IMG/VR virus record: IMGVR_UViG_3300021959_007301 | Location: 23,243-87,242 of that record | Length of the DNA: 64,000 nucleotides | Origin: a virus | Strand: one strand, 5' to 3' | Shown: positions 18,548-28,431 of the stretch, piece by piece | Position numbering within the stretch: position 1 is the first letter of the stretch | Layout: the number at the start of each line of letters is the position of its first letter | Made by a program: the position numbers and the translations under genes | The notes under the pieces: model-generated | Seen by the model: only the letters and a program-made list of their open reading frames with translations | Database searches by the model: none | What the model was told of the DNA's origin: nothing

Positions 18548-19402
18548 ATGCCAACAAATGTATATTTCAATCATGCAGTATCGACTGAACAACATCTATA
18601 CGAAGATTTAGTTGTTGAGTCTTTACGATTCTATGGGCATGAATGTTTCTATTTACCTAGAGAGATAGTCGAAGAAGACAGTATCTTAGGTGAAGACATT
18701 CAGTCTACATTTGGTGATGCATACAGTGTTGAAATGTACATTGAAAACACAGAAGGTTTTGAAGGAGAGGGAGACCTCTTCAGTAAGTTTGGTGTTCAAG
18801 TAAGAGACCAAGCAACATTTGTTTTATCACTGAGAAGTTGGGAAAGATTTATTTCGTTAGACAGCAACCTTGCAACAAGTCTAAGACCAAATGAGGGTGA
18901 TCTCATATATTTCCCACTTTCAGGTTCTTTATTTGAAATCAAATTTGTTGAACACGAAAACCCATTCTATCAAGTTGGTAAACTCTTTGTATTCAAGATG
19001 CAGTGTGAACTGTTTGAATACAGTGGTGAAGACTTTGATACAGATATCACTAACATTGACTTGGTTGAAGACCAACAAGCATATACTATTGAATTAACAA
19101 TGGCAGATGGTGGAAGTGGTCAATACTATGTTAATGAAAATGTGTCATTAAACGAAACCGTAGTTGGTGAAGTGGTTTCATGGGATGGTGGTGCAAATAG
19201 AAAACTTACCATTAAAGATAACACTACTACACTTCAAGTCGGTGATACACTGGTTGGTGCAAACGGTGCCTCTTATGACATTGCATCAATCACAGATATA
19301 CTTACATTTGCAAACGATGGTAATGCACAGAACAAAGAGTTTGAAGATTCTGAAACATCATACCTAGACTTCAGTGAAACTAATCCATTTGGAGAACCCT
19401 AA
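18548..19402 (+). CDS. gp14: Neck protein gp14
   Basis: EQHLYEDLVVESL, RPNEGDLIYFP, DFSETNPFG; synteny. Confidence 0.92.
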   Translation: MPTNVYFNHAVSTEQHLYEDLVVESLRFYGHECFYLPREIVEEDSILGEDIQSTFGDAYSVEMYIENTEGFEGEGDLFSKFGVQVRDQATFVLSLRSWERFISLDSNLATSLRPNEGDLIYFPLSGSLFEIKFVEHENPFYQVGKLFVFKMQCELFEYSGEDFDTDITNIDLVEDQQAYTIELTMADGGSGQYYVNENVSLNETVVGEVVSWDGGANRKLTIKDNTTTLQVGDTLVGANGASYDIASITDILTFANDGNAQNKEFEDSETSYLDFSETNPFGEP

Positions 19403-20448
19403 TGTTTGGTACATATTTTTATAATGAGACAATCAAAAGGTCAATATCAATCTTTGGTACACTCTTCAATAATCTGACTGTAAAGAAGACTAAGTCAGAC
19501 GGTACAGTATTGTCATCACAAAAGGTTCCGATTTCATATGGCCCAAAACAAAAGTTTCTACAGAGACTTGCAGAAGAACCTAATCTAACAGATGGAAACA
19601 GAACTGCAATCTCTCTACCACGTATGACATTCCAGTTAAGTGGTTTTGAATACGATGCAACAAGACAACAGAATAAAATTATTCGTCATTCTAAGACAGT
19701 ATTAGAAGACGGTAATCTAACAAGAGGTTATCAGTATCAACCTGCACCTTACAATCTAAACTTTACATTGAGTGTTCTTGCAAAGAACGCTGCTGATGGT
19801 TTACAGATTGTAGAACAGATAATACCATATTTCCAACCTGAATACACAGTCACAATGAAGATGATTGATGATATGTCAGATGTAAGAGATGTTCCTATTA
19901 CACTTACTAGTGTCACAATGGATGACCAGTTTGAAGGAACATTCGAAGAACGTAGAGTGCTCGAATATACACTAGAGTTTTCTATGAAGATATACTTCTT
20001 CGGGCCTGTGTCTACTGGAAATGTTATCAAGAATGTTATTGAAAGAGACTATATCAGTGACAGTACAGGACAGTTTACCTCAACACAAATCGATGGTGCA
20101 GGTCTTATCAAAGAAGTTAAACACTATGAACCTGCATTCGGTGAGACTGCAAACGCAGTATCTAACTCAACATCAGTGACATTTGCCACTGCAATAAATA
20201 GTAAGATAAGTGTGGGAGATGAAGTATTTGGAACAAATTTATCAACAAATCCAACTATCTCATCTATTGCATCAGATAGATTAGCAATCGTATTAAGTAA
20301 TGCAATTACTATCGATGCAAACACTACACTCAAGTTTGTTGGTTCAGTAGACCCATCAGATTCATTTGTAATTGCAGAGACAGTTACATTCTATGATGAC
20401 GGCACTACATCAACATTTGAAGAAGATAAAACAAGTGATGCAAGTTAA
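19402..20448 (+). CDS. gp15: Tail sheath stabiliser / terminator gp15
   Basis: YFYNETIKR...FGTLFN, VPISYGPKQKFL, QIVEQIIPYFQP. Confidence 0.92.
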   Translation: MFGTYFYNETIKRSISIFGTLFNNLTVKKTKSDGTVLSSQKVPISYGPKQKFLQRLAEEPNLTDGNRTAISLPRMTFQLSGFEYDATRQQNKIIRHSKTVLEDGNLTRGYQYQPAPYNLNFTLSVLAKNAADGLQIVEQIIPYFQPEYTVTMKMIDDMSDVRDVPITLTSVTMDDQFEGTFEERRVLEYTLEFSMKIYFFGPVSTGNVIKNVIERDYISDSTGQFTSTQIDGAGLIKEVKHYEPAFGETANAVSNSTSVTFATAINSKISVGDEVFGTNLSTNPTISSIASDRLAIVLSNAITIDANTTLKFVGSVDPSDSFVIAETVTFYDDGTTSTFEEDKTSDAS

Positions 20449-20450
20449 TT

Positions 20451-20843
20451 ATGACAGACAAAGTAGACCAACAGTTAAATGACCTGTTAGATATTAGTAC
20501 AGATATAAAGAAGGAGACTGATATAGTAAAACTTCCTTCTCGTTCTGATAATATCGAAACAGATTACAAATATGCCCGTGAGAACCTCTACAACCTCGTA
20601 GAACGAGGACAAGATGCAATCGATGGTATCCTTGAACTTTCCAAAGAAACCGAACACCCACGTGCCTACGAAGTCGCAGGACAGTTAATTAAAACTGTGG
20701 GGGAGACTGCAGAAAAACTAATTGACTTACAAAACAAACTTAAAAAATTAGAAGGTGAAGATGCACCTAAGACTCAACACAATCATTTATATGTGGGGTC
20801 AACTTCGGAATTACAGAAGTTTTTGAAAAAAAATAAAGACTAA
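20451..20843 (+). CDS. gp16: Terminase small subunit gp16
   Basis: DYKYARENLY...HPRAYEVAGQLIK...VGSTSELQK. Confidence 0.92.
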   Translation: MTDKVDQQLNDLLDISTDIKKETDIVKLPSRSDNIETDYKYARENLYNLVERGQDAIDGILELSKETEHPRAYEVAGQLIKTVGETAEKLIDLQNKLKKLEGEDAPKTQHNHLYVGSTSELQKFLKKNKD

Positions 20844-20846
20844 ATT

Positions 20847-21554
20847 ATGGACAAATTTGGTTACACACACTTAATGTGTGCATATGACTATTATAGGACT
20901 AATGCATATGAGAGTTGGATTCGTGACAATGTGAAAGATAAAGTCGTCTGTGACTTAGGTGCAGGGACTGGAATCTTAATGTGGCTTGCATACATAAATG
21001 GTGCAAAAAAGGTCATTGGTATAGAAAGAGAAGTGGAGACTTTGAAACTACTACATTATCGTTTCGATAACATACCTGAGATGGAGATTATTGAAGGAGA
21101 CATCCATGAGATGGATTATCCTGAGAGTGACATCTACCTACAGGAAAATATAGGAGCACAGTTTATACAAGAGCGTGTTGATTTGCTCTTTGAAAACTGC
21201 AGAAGACAAGGTATTATAGATAAAGTATACCCAAACAGGTATAAAATTTTAGAGGGTATATGCGAAGAAGAAACCTTTATTCGAATAGAATCTGATAAAA
21301 ATTTTATGGAAGGGGGTAAAGATTTTTTTAGAAAGCACAATTTAACACCAAAACAGACATTGGTAGACAGTAAGACTAAAGTGTTAAATACTAAACATGA
21401 AGGACACATATCAGAATTTAAGGTGGAGATGTTAAAAGGAGATGCTAATCATATGTTATGGGAAATGAGTTTTGATGGTGATTTTGTAATATCTAACTAT
21501 CTAACTCCATCTCATTGGAAAGCAAGTTGGGGGTTTTTAGATGGTACAACCTAA
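20847..21554 (+). CDS. Class I SAM-dependent methyltransferase, PRMT-like
   Basis: D..RT.AY, KDKVVCDLGAGTGIL, KKVIGIE, QENIGAQFIQE (double-E-like), SHWK (THW-like). Confidence 0.75.
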   Translation: MDKFGYTHLMCAYDYYRTNAYESWIRDNVKDKVVCDLGAGTGILMWLAYINGAKKVIGIEREVETLKLLHYRFDNIPEMEIIEGDIHEMDYPESDIYLQENIGAQFIQERVDLLFENCRRQGIIDKVYPNRYKILEGICEEETFIRIESDKNFMEGGKDFFRKHNLTPKQTLVDSKTKVLNTKHEGHISEFKVEMLKGDANHMLWEMSFDGDFVISNYLTPSHWKASWGFLDGTT

Positions 21555-23121
21555 AAACGAAGGTTACTTAGGTAACACACTCATTAAACGTGCTGGTATA
21601 GACCACCAGTACGATGAAAAAGAGTTAAAAGAATACATAAAGTGTTCCAAAGACCCCTGTTACTTTATCGAATCTTACACTCAAATTATCTCACTTGACG
21701 AAGGCTTAGTTCCATTTAAACTACGTGGTTATCAGTCAGGACTAATAGAACACTACAATGCAAATAGATTTAATGTAGTACTTGCATCACGTCAGAGTGG
21801 TAAGTCCATCACATCCTGTGCATATTTACTGTGGTTTTTACTCTTTCATCCTGAAGTAAACGTTGCTATCCTTGCAAACAAAGGTGCAATTGCAAGAGAG
21901 ATGATTGCACGTCTCGTAACTATGTTAGAGTCTGTACCATTCTTTTTACAGCCTGGAGTTAAGATTCTTAACAAAGGTTCAATTGAATTTGCAAACGATT
22001 CTAAAGTCGTTGCAGCTGCAACATCTTCATCATCCATTCGTGGTATGTCAATCAACCTACTATACCTCGATGAGTTTGCATTCGTTGAAGGTGCAGAAGA
22101 GTTCTACACATCAACATATCCTGTGGTAACCTCAGGTAAAGATTCTAAGGTTATTATTACCTCAACTGCAAACGGTGTGGGTAATATGTTTCATAAGATA
22201 TACGAAAGTGCAGTACATAGTCAATCAGAGTACAAACACTTCACTATTAACTGGTATGATGTCCCTGATAGAGATGAAGAATGGAAGAAAATGACCATTG
22301 CAAACACCTCAGAGGCACAGTTTGAACAGGAATATGGTAATAGTTTCTTAGGTACTGGTTCTACACTTATCAACTCAGATACCCTACTAGGAATGCGTGC
22401 TGTGGACTGTGAGTGGGGTCGTGACGGTGTTTCTGTCTATGAACTACCCCAACCTGACCACAACTATGTATGCACCGTAGACGTGTCCTCAGGACGTGGA
22501 TTAGACTATTCATCGTTCACTGTTATAGACGTATCAGTCAAACCATTTAGACAAGTGCTATGTTATAGGGACAATATGATATCAAGTATGTTGTTACCTG
22601 ACATAATTAATAAATACGTTAGACCTTACAACGAAGCATTAGTTATTATTGAAAATAATGCAGAAGGTTCCATGGTTGCAACACAATTACACTATGATAT
22701 AGAGTATCCAAATGTGTTTGCACAAGGGTTACAAAAGGCGTCTGATATAGGTGTAACTATGAACAGACGTATTAAAAGAGTTGGTTGTTCTACTCTCAAA
22801 GAATTATTAGAAGAGAATAGACTATCAATAGTTGACCGTGCAACTATAACTGAATTGATGACGTTTGTTATCAAAGGAAACAGTTATGAAGCAGACCGTG
22901 GATATAATGATGACACTGTTATGAATCTAGTGTTGTTTAGTTGGTTTGTGACAACAGAACAGTTCACATACCTTACAGACCGTGCAGTAAAGGATTTATT
23001 GTATGCAGAACAACAAAAAATGATTGAAGACGACCTTTTACCTCCAGGCTTCTTCCACCAAGAAGAAGAAAGTACAAGTTTTGTAGACCCTAATGGAGAT
23101 AGATGGTTCATTGAACAATAA
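21541..23121 (+). CDS. gp17: Terminase large subunit gp17
   Basis: SRQSGKS Walker A, LYLDEFAF, TSTANG, C-terminal nuclease Asp residues. Confidence 0.96.
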   Translation: MVQPKNEGYLGNTLIKRAGIDHQYDEKELKEYIKCSKDPCYFIESYTQIISLDEGLVPFKLRGYQSGLIEHYNANRFNVVLASRQSGKSITSCAYLLWFLLFHPEVNVAILANKGAIAREMIARLVTMLESVPFFLQPGVKILNKGSIEFANDSKVVAAATSSSSIRGMSINLLYLDEFAFVEGAEEFYTSTYPVVTSGKDSKVIITSTANGVGNMFHKIYESAVHSQSEYKHFTINWYDVPDRDEEWKKMTIANTSEAQFEQEYGNSFLGTGSTLINSDTLLGMRAVDCEWGRDGVSVYELPQPDHNYVCTVDVSSGRGLDYSSFTVIDVSVKPFRQVLCYRDNMISSMLLPDIINKYVRPYNEALVIIENNAEGSMVATQLHYDIEYPNVFAQGLQKASDIGVTMNRRIKRVGCSTLKELLEENRLSIVDRATITELMTFVIKGNSYEADRGYNDDTVMNLVLFSWFVTTEQFTYLTDRAVKDLLYAEQQKMIEDDLLPPGFFHQEEESTSFVDPNGDRWFIEQ

Positions 23122-23194
23122 ATAACGATGTTAAAAGTATTAAACTTATAAATAAAACTGTAAGAAAACTTTTTACATTAACAGGAGAAAAAGT

Positions 23195-25192
23195 ATGGCA
23201 TTTCAAGTATCACCAGGCGTACAGGTCTCAGAGATAGACCTTACAAATGTTGTGCCAGCAGTTTCATCTACTACAGGTGCATTCGCTGGTTCATTTCAAT
23301 GGGGCCCTGTTGATGAAGTAGTAACAGTTTCAGATGCGAAAAGTTTAGTCGATACATTCTACGAACCTGAAAATAGTGACGCTGGAGCTGAAGACTTTTA
23401 TTCAGCAGAGTCGTTCCTAAGATATGGTTCGTCACTTCGAGTAGTGAGAGTAAACAAATCAGGTTTACTAAACGCTAACCAAAGTGGTGGGACTCAACTA
23501 ATCAAAAATGAATCTAATTACCAAGATATTGCAAGAGATGGTTCTCTAAACGGTACAATCGGTAAATGGGCAGCAAGATATGCTGGTGCTTTAGGTAATT
23601 CACTTAAAGTTTCAGTATGTGCTAGTTCAGACGCTTACTTTAATGATAGCGAGACAACTGTTTCCTCAGAAGAGGTTTCAGGTCAAACTACAATTTCAAT
23701 GACTTCATCCGATGGGTTTGCAGTCAGAGATATCATTAAGTTCGCAAACCATAGTACTAGTTATAGAGTAACTTCAGTTGATACAGATGCAGACACAGTT
23801 GTTGTCGAAGCATTAAATCAACCTGCAGGAACAGGTCTAACAGAGACAGTACCTGCATTAACATCTGTTGACAGATATTGGGAGTTCTACAGATTATTCA
23901 ACAAAGCTCCAGGCAAATCTGCATCTGCCCTCGCAGCAGGTGGTTCAGATGACGAGATTCATGTAGTCGTAGTTGACGAAGACGGAAGTATTTCAGGAAC
24001 TGCAAACACAGTCTTAGAAACATTTGGTTTCGTATCACTCGCATCGGATTCAAAAGATTCAAACGGTAACTCAAATTACTATAGAGATGTAATCGAAAGA
24101 TTGTCTCAATGGGTATGGTGGTCAGGTCATTCAACTGCAATGGTCACAACCGCTAACGAACATAGAACACACTTAGTTTCAGCAACAACTGCATTCTTAA
24201 GACCTTCAACACCTGAAAACTCATCATTGAGTGCTGGTTCAGATGGTAGTGCAATGACTGCTGGAGAAAAATATGGTGCATGGCAAGACCACTTTGAGGA
24301 TGCAGAGTCAGTAGACATCTCATTCTTGATTATGGGTTCAGTTGCAGGTGACACACTTGCAGATTGGACATCAATTGTCAACCAAGGTATCTTAGTATGT
24401 GAAAACAGAAAAGATTGTATGTTAGTTGCATCACCTTTAAGAAAGGACTGCATCGGAACTGCAAATGGTGAAACTAATCACTTTGCACCAACTTCAGAGT
24501 CTAATAGAAATACTAACGTTGTAGAAACAGTAAATACTGCAAGTTCATCATCTTATGTTGTGTTTGACTCAACATGGGTGTATCAGTACGATAGATTCAA
24601 CGATAGATACGTATGGATTCCTGCAAACCCCCATACTGCAGGTATTATGTCAAGATCAGACCTTCTTAGAGACCCATGGTTCTCACCTGCAGGTTTCTCA
24701 AGAGGACAGTATCTAGGAATTACAAAACTTGCTCACAATCCAAAACAAGCATCAAGAGATGACCTATACCGTGCAAGGGTTAACCCTGTGGTTACATTCC
24801 CTGGCCAAGGTACAGTGTTATTTGGTGACAAAACTGGATTAACAACAACAAGTGCATTTGACAGAATTAACGTCAGAAGATTATTCATTGTACTTGAGAA
24901 AGCAATTGCAACTGCTGCTAAAGCACAACTCTTTGAATTCAACGATGCATTCACAAGAGCACAATTTAGAAGTGCAGTAGAACCTTTCTTAAGAGACGTG
25001 AAGAATAGAAGAGGACTAGTAGATTACTCAGTAGTTTGTGACGAAACAAACAACACTGATTCAGTGATTGATAGAAACGAATTTGTTTGTTCAATCTTTG
25101 TGAAACCTGCTAAGTCTATTAACTTTGTAACTTTAAACTTTGTTGCCACAAGAAGTGGTGTACAGTTTGAAGAAGTATACAGTGCAGTTTAA
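23195..25192 (+). CDS. gp18: Tail sheath protein gp18
   Basis: SPGVQVSEIDL, WGPV, PWFSPAG..RG, FDRINVRRLF. Confidence 0.96.
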   Translation: MAFQVSPGVQVSEIDLTNVVPAVSSTTGAFAGSFQWGPVDEVVTVSDAKSLVDTFYEPENSDAGAEDFYSAESFLRYGSSLRVVRVNKSGLLNANQSGGTQLIKNESNYQDIARDGSLNGTIGKWAARYAGALGNSLKVSVCASSDAYFNDSETTVSSEEVSGQTTISMTSSDGFAVRDIIKFANHSTSYRVTSVDTDADTVVVEALNQPAGTGLTETVPALTSVDRYWEFYRLFNKAPGKSASALAAGGSDDEIHVVVVDEDGSISGTANTVLETFGFVSLASDSKDSNGNSNYYRDVIERLSQWVWWSGHSTAMVTTANEHRTHLVSATTAFLRPSTPENSSLSAGSDGSAMTAGEKYGAWQDHFEDAESVDISFLIMGSVAGDTLADWTSIVNQGILVCENRKDCMLVASPLRKDCIGTANGETNHFAPTSESNRNTNVVETVNTASSSSYVVFDSTWVYQYDRFNDRYVWIPANPHTAGIMSRSDLLRDPWFSPAGFSRGQYLGITKLAHNPKQASRDDLYRARVNPVVTFPGQGTVLFGDKTGLTTTSAFDRINVRRLFIVLEKAIATAAKAQLFEFNDAFTRAQFRSAVEPFLRDVKNRRGLVDYSVVCDETNNTDSVIDRNEFVCSIFVKPAKSINFVTLNFVATRSGVQFEEVYSAV

Positions 25193-25203
25193 GGGAGAAA
25201 TAA

Positions 25204-25701
25204 ATGGCAACTATAGACCAATTTAAAGCACAATTAATCGGAGGTGGCCCACGTGCTAACCGATTTAGAGTGTTCTTACCTCGTGCAGGTAATAAGATAG
25301 AATTCCTGTGTAAAGCTGCACAAATACCACCTGCAACAATCGGAGTAGTACCTGTAAACTTTAGAGGTCACATTCTGAAACTTGCTGGAGATAGAACCTT
25401 CGAACCATGGAGTGTTACTATCATCAATGACGTTGAGTTCTCTGCAAGAACTGCTCTTGAAGCATGGCAAACAGAAATTCAAGCATTAGATAGTGGTGAA
25501 GGTGCAACAGACACTGATTACTTATTATCACGTGCATACGTAGAACAATTAAACAAAGACGATTCAGTCCTAGCGAGATATGAGTTCTTCAACATGTTCC
25601 CAACTTCAATTGGTGCAATCGAACTTTCTTACGAGACAGTAGATGCATTAGAAGAGTTTACAGTTGATTTTGAATTCTCTCACTGGGAAAGAGTAGTCTA
25701 A
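25204..25701 (+). CDS. gp19: Tail tube protein gp19
   Basis: GGPRANRF, GDRTFEPWSVTIIND. Confidence 0.94.
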   Translation: MATIDQFKAQLIGGGPRANRFRVFLPRAGNKIEFLCKAAQIPPATIGVVPVNFRGHILKLAGDRTFEPWSVTIINDVEFSARTALEAWQTEIQALDSGEGATDTDYLLSRAYVEQLNKDDSVLARYEFFNMFPTSIGAIELSYETVDALEEFTVDFEFSHWERVV

Positions 25702-25742
25702 AAAGTGAATAACATCTCTTTTGGGGTGTTATAAATATCAGT

Positions 25743-27272
25743 ATGGAATTATTTGGGTTTGAAATATCTCGTAAGAAAGACGAGTTAAGAACAACGGAGG
25801 TCAAAGGGCCTTCGTTTGTTCCACCTGTAGACGATGACGGAACACCTGTCATACAGACACAACCAGGCGGTTTTATCACTGGTGGTGCCTATGGGTCTTT
25901 TGTAGATTTTGATGGCAACATTAGGAATGAGGCAGAACTCATTCGTAGGTACAGAGAAGTCTCATTAGTACCTGAGTGTGACTCTGCCATCGAAGACATT
26001 ATTAATGAGTGTATCACATCTGATTCAGCCGATAGGATTGTTTCACTCGATCTCAGAGATGTTAAACTCTCTGATGGTATCAAGAGAAAGATACAAGACG
26101 AGTTTGCTTACATCCTATCCTTAATGAAGTTCAATCAGAACTCTCATGAAATTTTCAGAAAGTGGTACGTTGACGGAAGAATCTATCTGCATAAGGTAGT
26201 GAATTCGTCACGTGAGAAAGCTGGTATTGTAGATTTACGAATCATTGACCCTTTAAAAATTAAAAAGGTTCGTAACGTAGAGAAAGAAAAAGACAAAAAG
26301 GGTATAGAAAAGATTACGAAGATTGAAGAGTACTTCATCTTCAACGACAAAGGTTTTGACAAAACAGGGAGTGCAGGTGAAGGTGCAACCCTGAAAATTG
26401 CACCTGAGGCAGTAACATATACGACTTCAGGTCTGTTAGATTACACTAAGAATGTTGTAATCGGATACCTTCACAAAGCATTGAAGACTGCAAACCAGTT
26501 ATCAATGATGGAAGATGCACTTGTTATCTATAGGATTTCAAGGGCACCTGAAAGAAGAATTTTCTACATTGATGTAGGTAACCTTCCAAAGGCAAAGGCA
26601 GAACAATATCTTGCTGATGTTATGAACAAGTACAGAAACAAACTTGTTTATAATGCACAAACAGGTGAGATAAAAGATGACCGTAAACATATGTCTATGA
26701 TGGAAGACTTTTGGTTACCACGTAGAGAAGGTGGAAGAGGTACAGAAATTAGTACACTTCCAGGCGGACAGAATCTTTCAGAGATTGAAGATATAGAATA
26801 CTTCAAGAAGAAACTATATCAGTCTCTGAATGTTCCTAGAAGTCGAATGGAGGCAGACAATGGTTTTAACATGGGTCGTGCTTCTGAGATATCTAGGGAC
26901 GAATTGAAGTTTAATAAGTTTACGAATAGACTTCAAAAGAAATTTGCAAGAGTGTTTATTGATGTATTAAAAACACAACTTGTACTTAAAGAGATAGTCT
27001 CTGCAGAAGAATTTGATACAATCAAAGACTTCATGCAGTTTGATTATGCAACTGACAACCACTTTACAGAGTTGAAAGATGCAGAAATCATGAGAGAAAG
27101 ACTAGATACTTTAAGTCAAGCACAAGAATACATTGGTAAATACTTTAGTCATGAGTATGTACGTAAATACATACTTAGACAAACAGAAGATGAAATGATC
27201 GTCCTCAATAAACAGATTGAAACTGAAAAAGAGGAAGGTGGTGATGACGAAGATGACTTCGGAGGATTTTAA
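25743..27272 (+). CDS. gp20: Portal protein gp20
   Basis: YRISRAPERRIFYIDVGNLP, EDFWLPRREGGRGTEI. Confidence 0.97.
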   Translation: MELFGFEISRKKDELRTTEVKGPSFVPPVDDDGTPVIQTQPGGFITGGAYGSFVDFDGNIRNEAELIRRYREVSLVPECDSAIEDIINECITSDSADRIVSLDLRDVKLSDGIKRKIQDEFAYILSLMKFNQNSHEIFRKWYVDGRIYLHKVVNSSREKAGIVDLRIIDPLKIKKVRNVEKEKDKKGIEKITKIEEYFIFNDKGFDKTGSAGEGATLKIAPEAVTYTTSGLLDYTKNVVIGYLHKALKTANQLSMMEDALVIYRISRAPERRIFYIDVGNLPKAKAEQYLADVMNKYRNKLVYNAQTGEIKDDRKHMSMMEDFWLPRREGGRGTEISTLPGGQNLSEIEDIEYFKKKLYQSLNVPRSRMEADNGFNMGRASEISRDELKFNKFTNRLQKKFARVFIDVLKTQLVLKEIVSAEEFDTIKDFMQFDYATDNHFTELKDAEIMRERLDTLSQAQEYIGKYFSHEYVRKYILRQTEDEMIVLNKQIETEKEEGGDDEDDFGGF

Positions 27273-27275
27273 TAA

Positions 27276-27455
27276 ATGAACGATGTAAGTAGAAAAGTTG
27301 TAGACCAAATCGAACAAGGTCAATGGAACGATGCAAAGGAAACTGCTTTTGATGGTATCAAACAGAAAGCTGCAGAAGTTGTTGACATGAAAAGAGTTGA
27401 AATGCAACTAGATTGGATAAACAATCCAACACAAATAGGTGACGATTCCGAATGA
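27276..27455 (+). CDS. Small prohead core protein (gp67-position), 59 aa
   Basis: Read manually: MNDVSRKVVDQIEQG...DDSE*; syntenic position. Confidence 0.55.
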   Translation: MNDVSRKVVDQIEQGQWNDAKETAFDGIKQKAAEVVDMKRVEMQLDWINNPTQIGDDSE

Positions 27456-27760
27456 AAACGTTTGCATCAATGTCAAAAGAGTTGAACGAATCAAAGTTCA
27501 AAGCACCTCGTGACCAAAAAGAGGTTAAGAGAGACATTGAGAAAGTCGGTGGAAAGAAGATTGAAATAGTCTTCACACAAGACAAGAAAGGGAAGATTCA
27601 TGTCTACCTAAACGGTGATGATTTCACTGGAGGTAACCCTTATAAAGACATGAAACAGGCAGAAAAAGAAACAAAGGACATGAAGAAAATTATGTTACAA
27701 ATGTCCTATGATGGAATCAATACTGGAGATATATTAGATGAAATTAATATCAGAATTTAA
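27452..27760 (+). CDS. Hypothetical protein (gp68-position)
   Basis: ORF coupled to both neighbours. Confidence 0.55.
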   Translation: MKTFASMSKELNESKFKAPRDQKEVKRDIEKVGGKKIEIVFTQDKKGKIHVYLNGDDFTGGNPYKDMKQAEKETKDMKKIMLQMSYDGINTGDILDEINIRI

Positions 27761-28391
27761 CGATTACGCTGTATCACCTATTATCGTTGAAGAAAACGAA
27801 GATGGTAAAAAGGATTACTTCATCGAAGGTATCTTCATGCAGTCTGAAATAAAGAACAGAAATGGACGTGTTTACCCTAAAGATGTAATGGAAAAAGAGG
27901 TAAAACGTTACGTAAAAGAATTCGTTGAGAAAGGTAGAGCATTTGGTGAGTTGGGACATCCTGACGGGCCAACTATCAATCTTGACAAAGTGTCACACTT
28001 AATTACCAAGTTAGAAGCTGACGGTAATAATTATGTGGGGCGTGCAAAAATTTTAAGTACACCAAACGGTCAAATCGTAAGAAATTTAATCGATGATGGT
28101 GCAAAATTGGGTGTTTCTTCTAGAGGTCTAGGTTCACTAGAACAAAAGGGTGGCGCTCAATACGTGAAAAGTGACTTCCAACTTGCAACTGCAGGTGATA
28201 TTGTTGCTGACCCATCCGCTCCTGAGGCATTTGTCGAAGGTATTATGGAAGGTGTTGAATGGATATATGAAAATGGTATCCTGAAAGCACGTGAAGTAGA
28301 AGAGATGAGAGAAACAATTAAGTCTGCAAAACTCAATAAATTGCAGGAAGTTAAATTAAATGCATGGAAAAGGTTTGTTGAAAACCTTTAA
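27738..28391 (+). CDS. gp21: Prohead protease gp21
   Basis: NRNGRVYP, GELGHP, GVSSRGLGS, DPSAPEAFV. Confidence 0.95.
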   Translation: MKLISEFNDYAVSPIIVEENEDGKKDYFIEGIFMQSEIKNRNGRVYPKDVMEKEVKRYVKEFVEKGRAFGELGHPDGPTINLDKVSHLITKLEADGNNYVGRAKILSTPNGQIVRNLIDDGAKLGVSSRGLGSLEQKGGAQYVKSDFQLATAGDIVADPSAPEAFVEGIMEGVEWIYENGILKAREVEEMRETIKSAKLNKLQEVKLNAWKRFVENL

Positions 28392-28431
28392 CATATAAAT
28401 AAATAATATAAAACTCAAACAGGAGAAAAGA

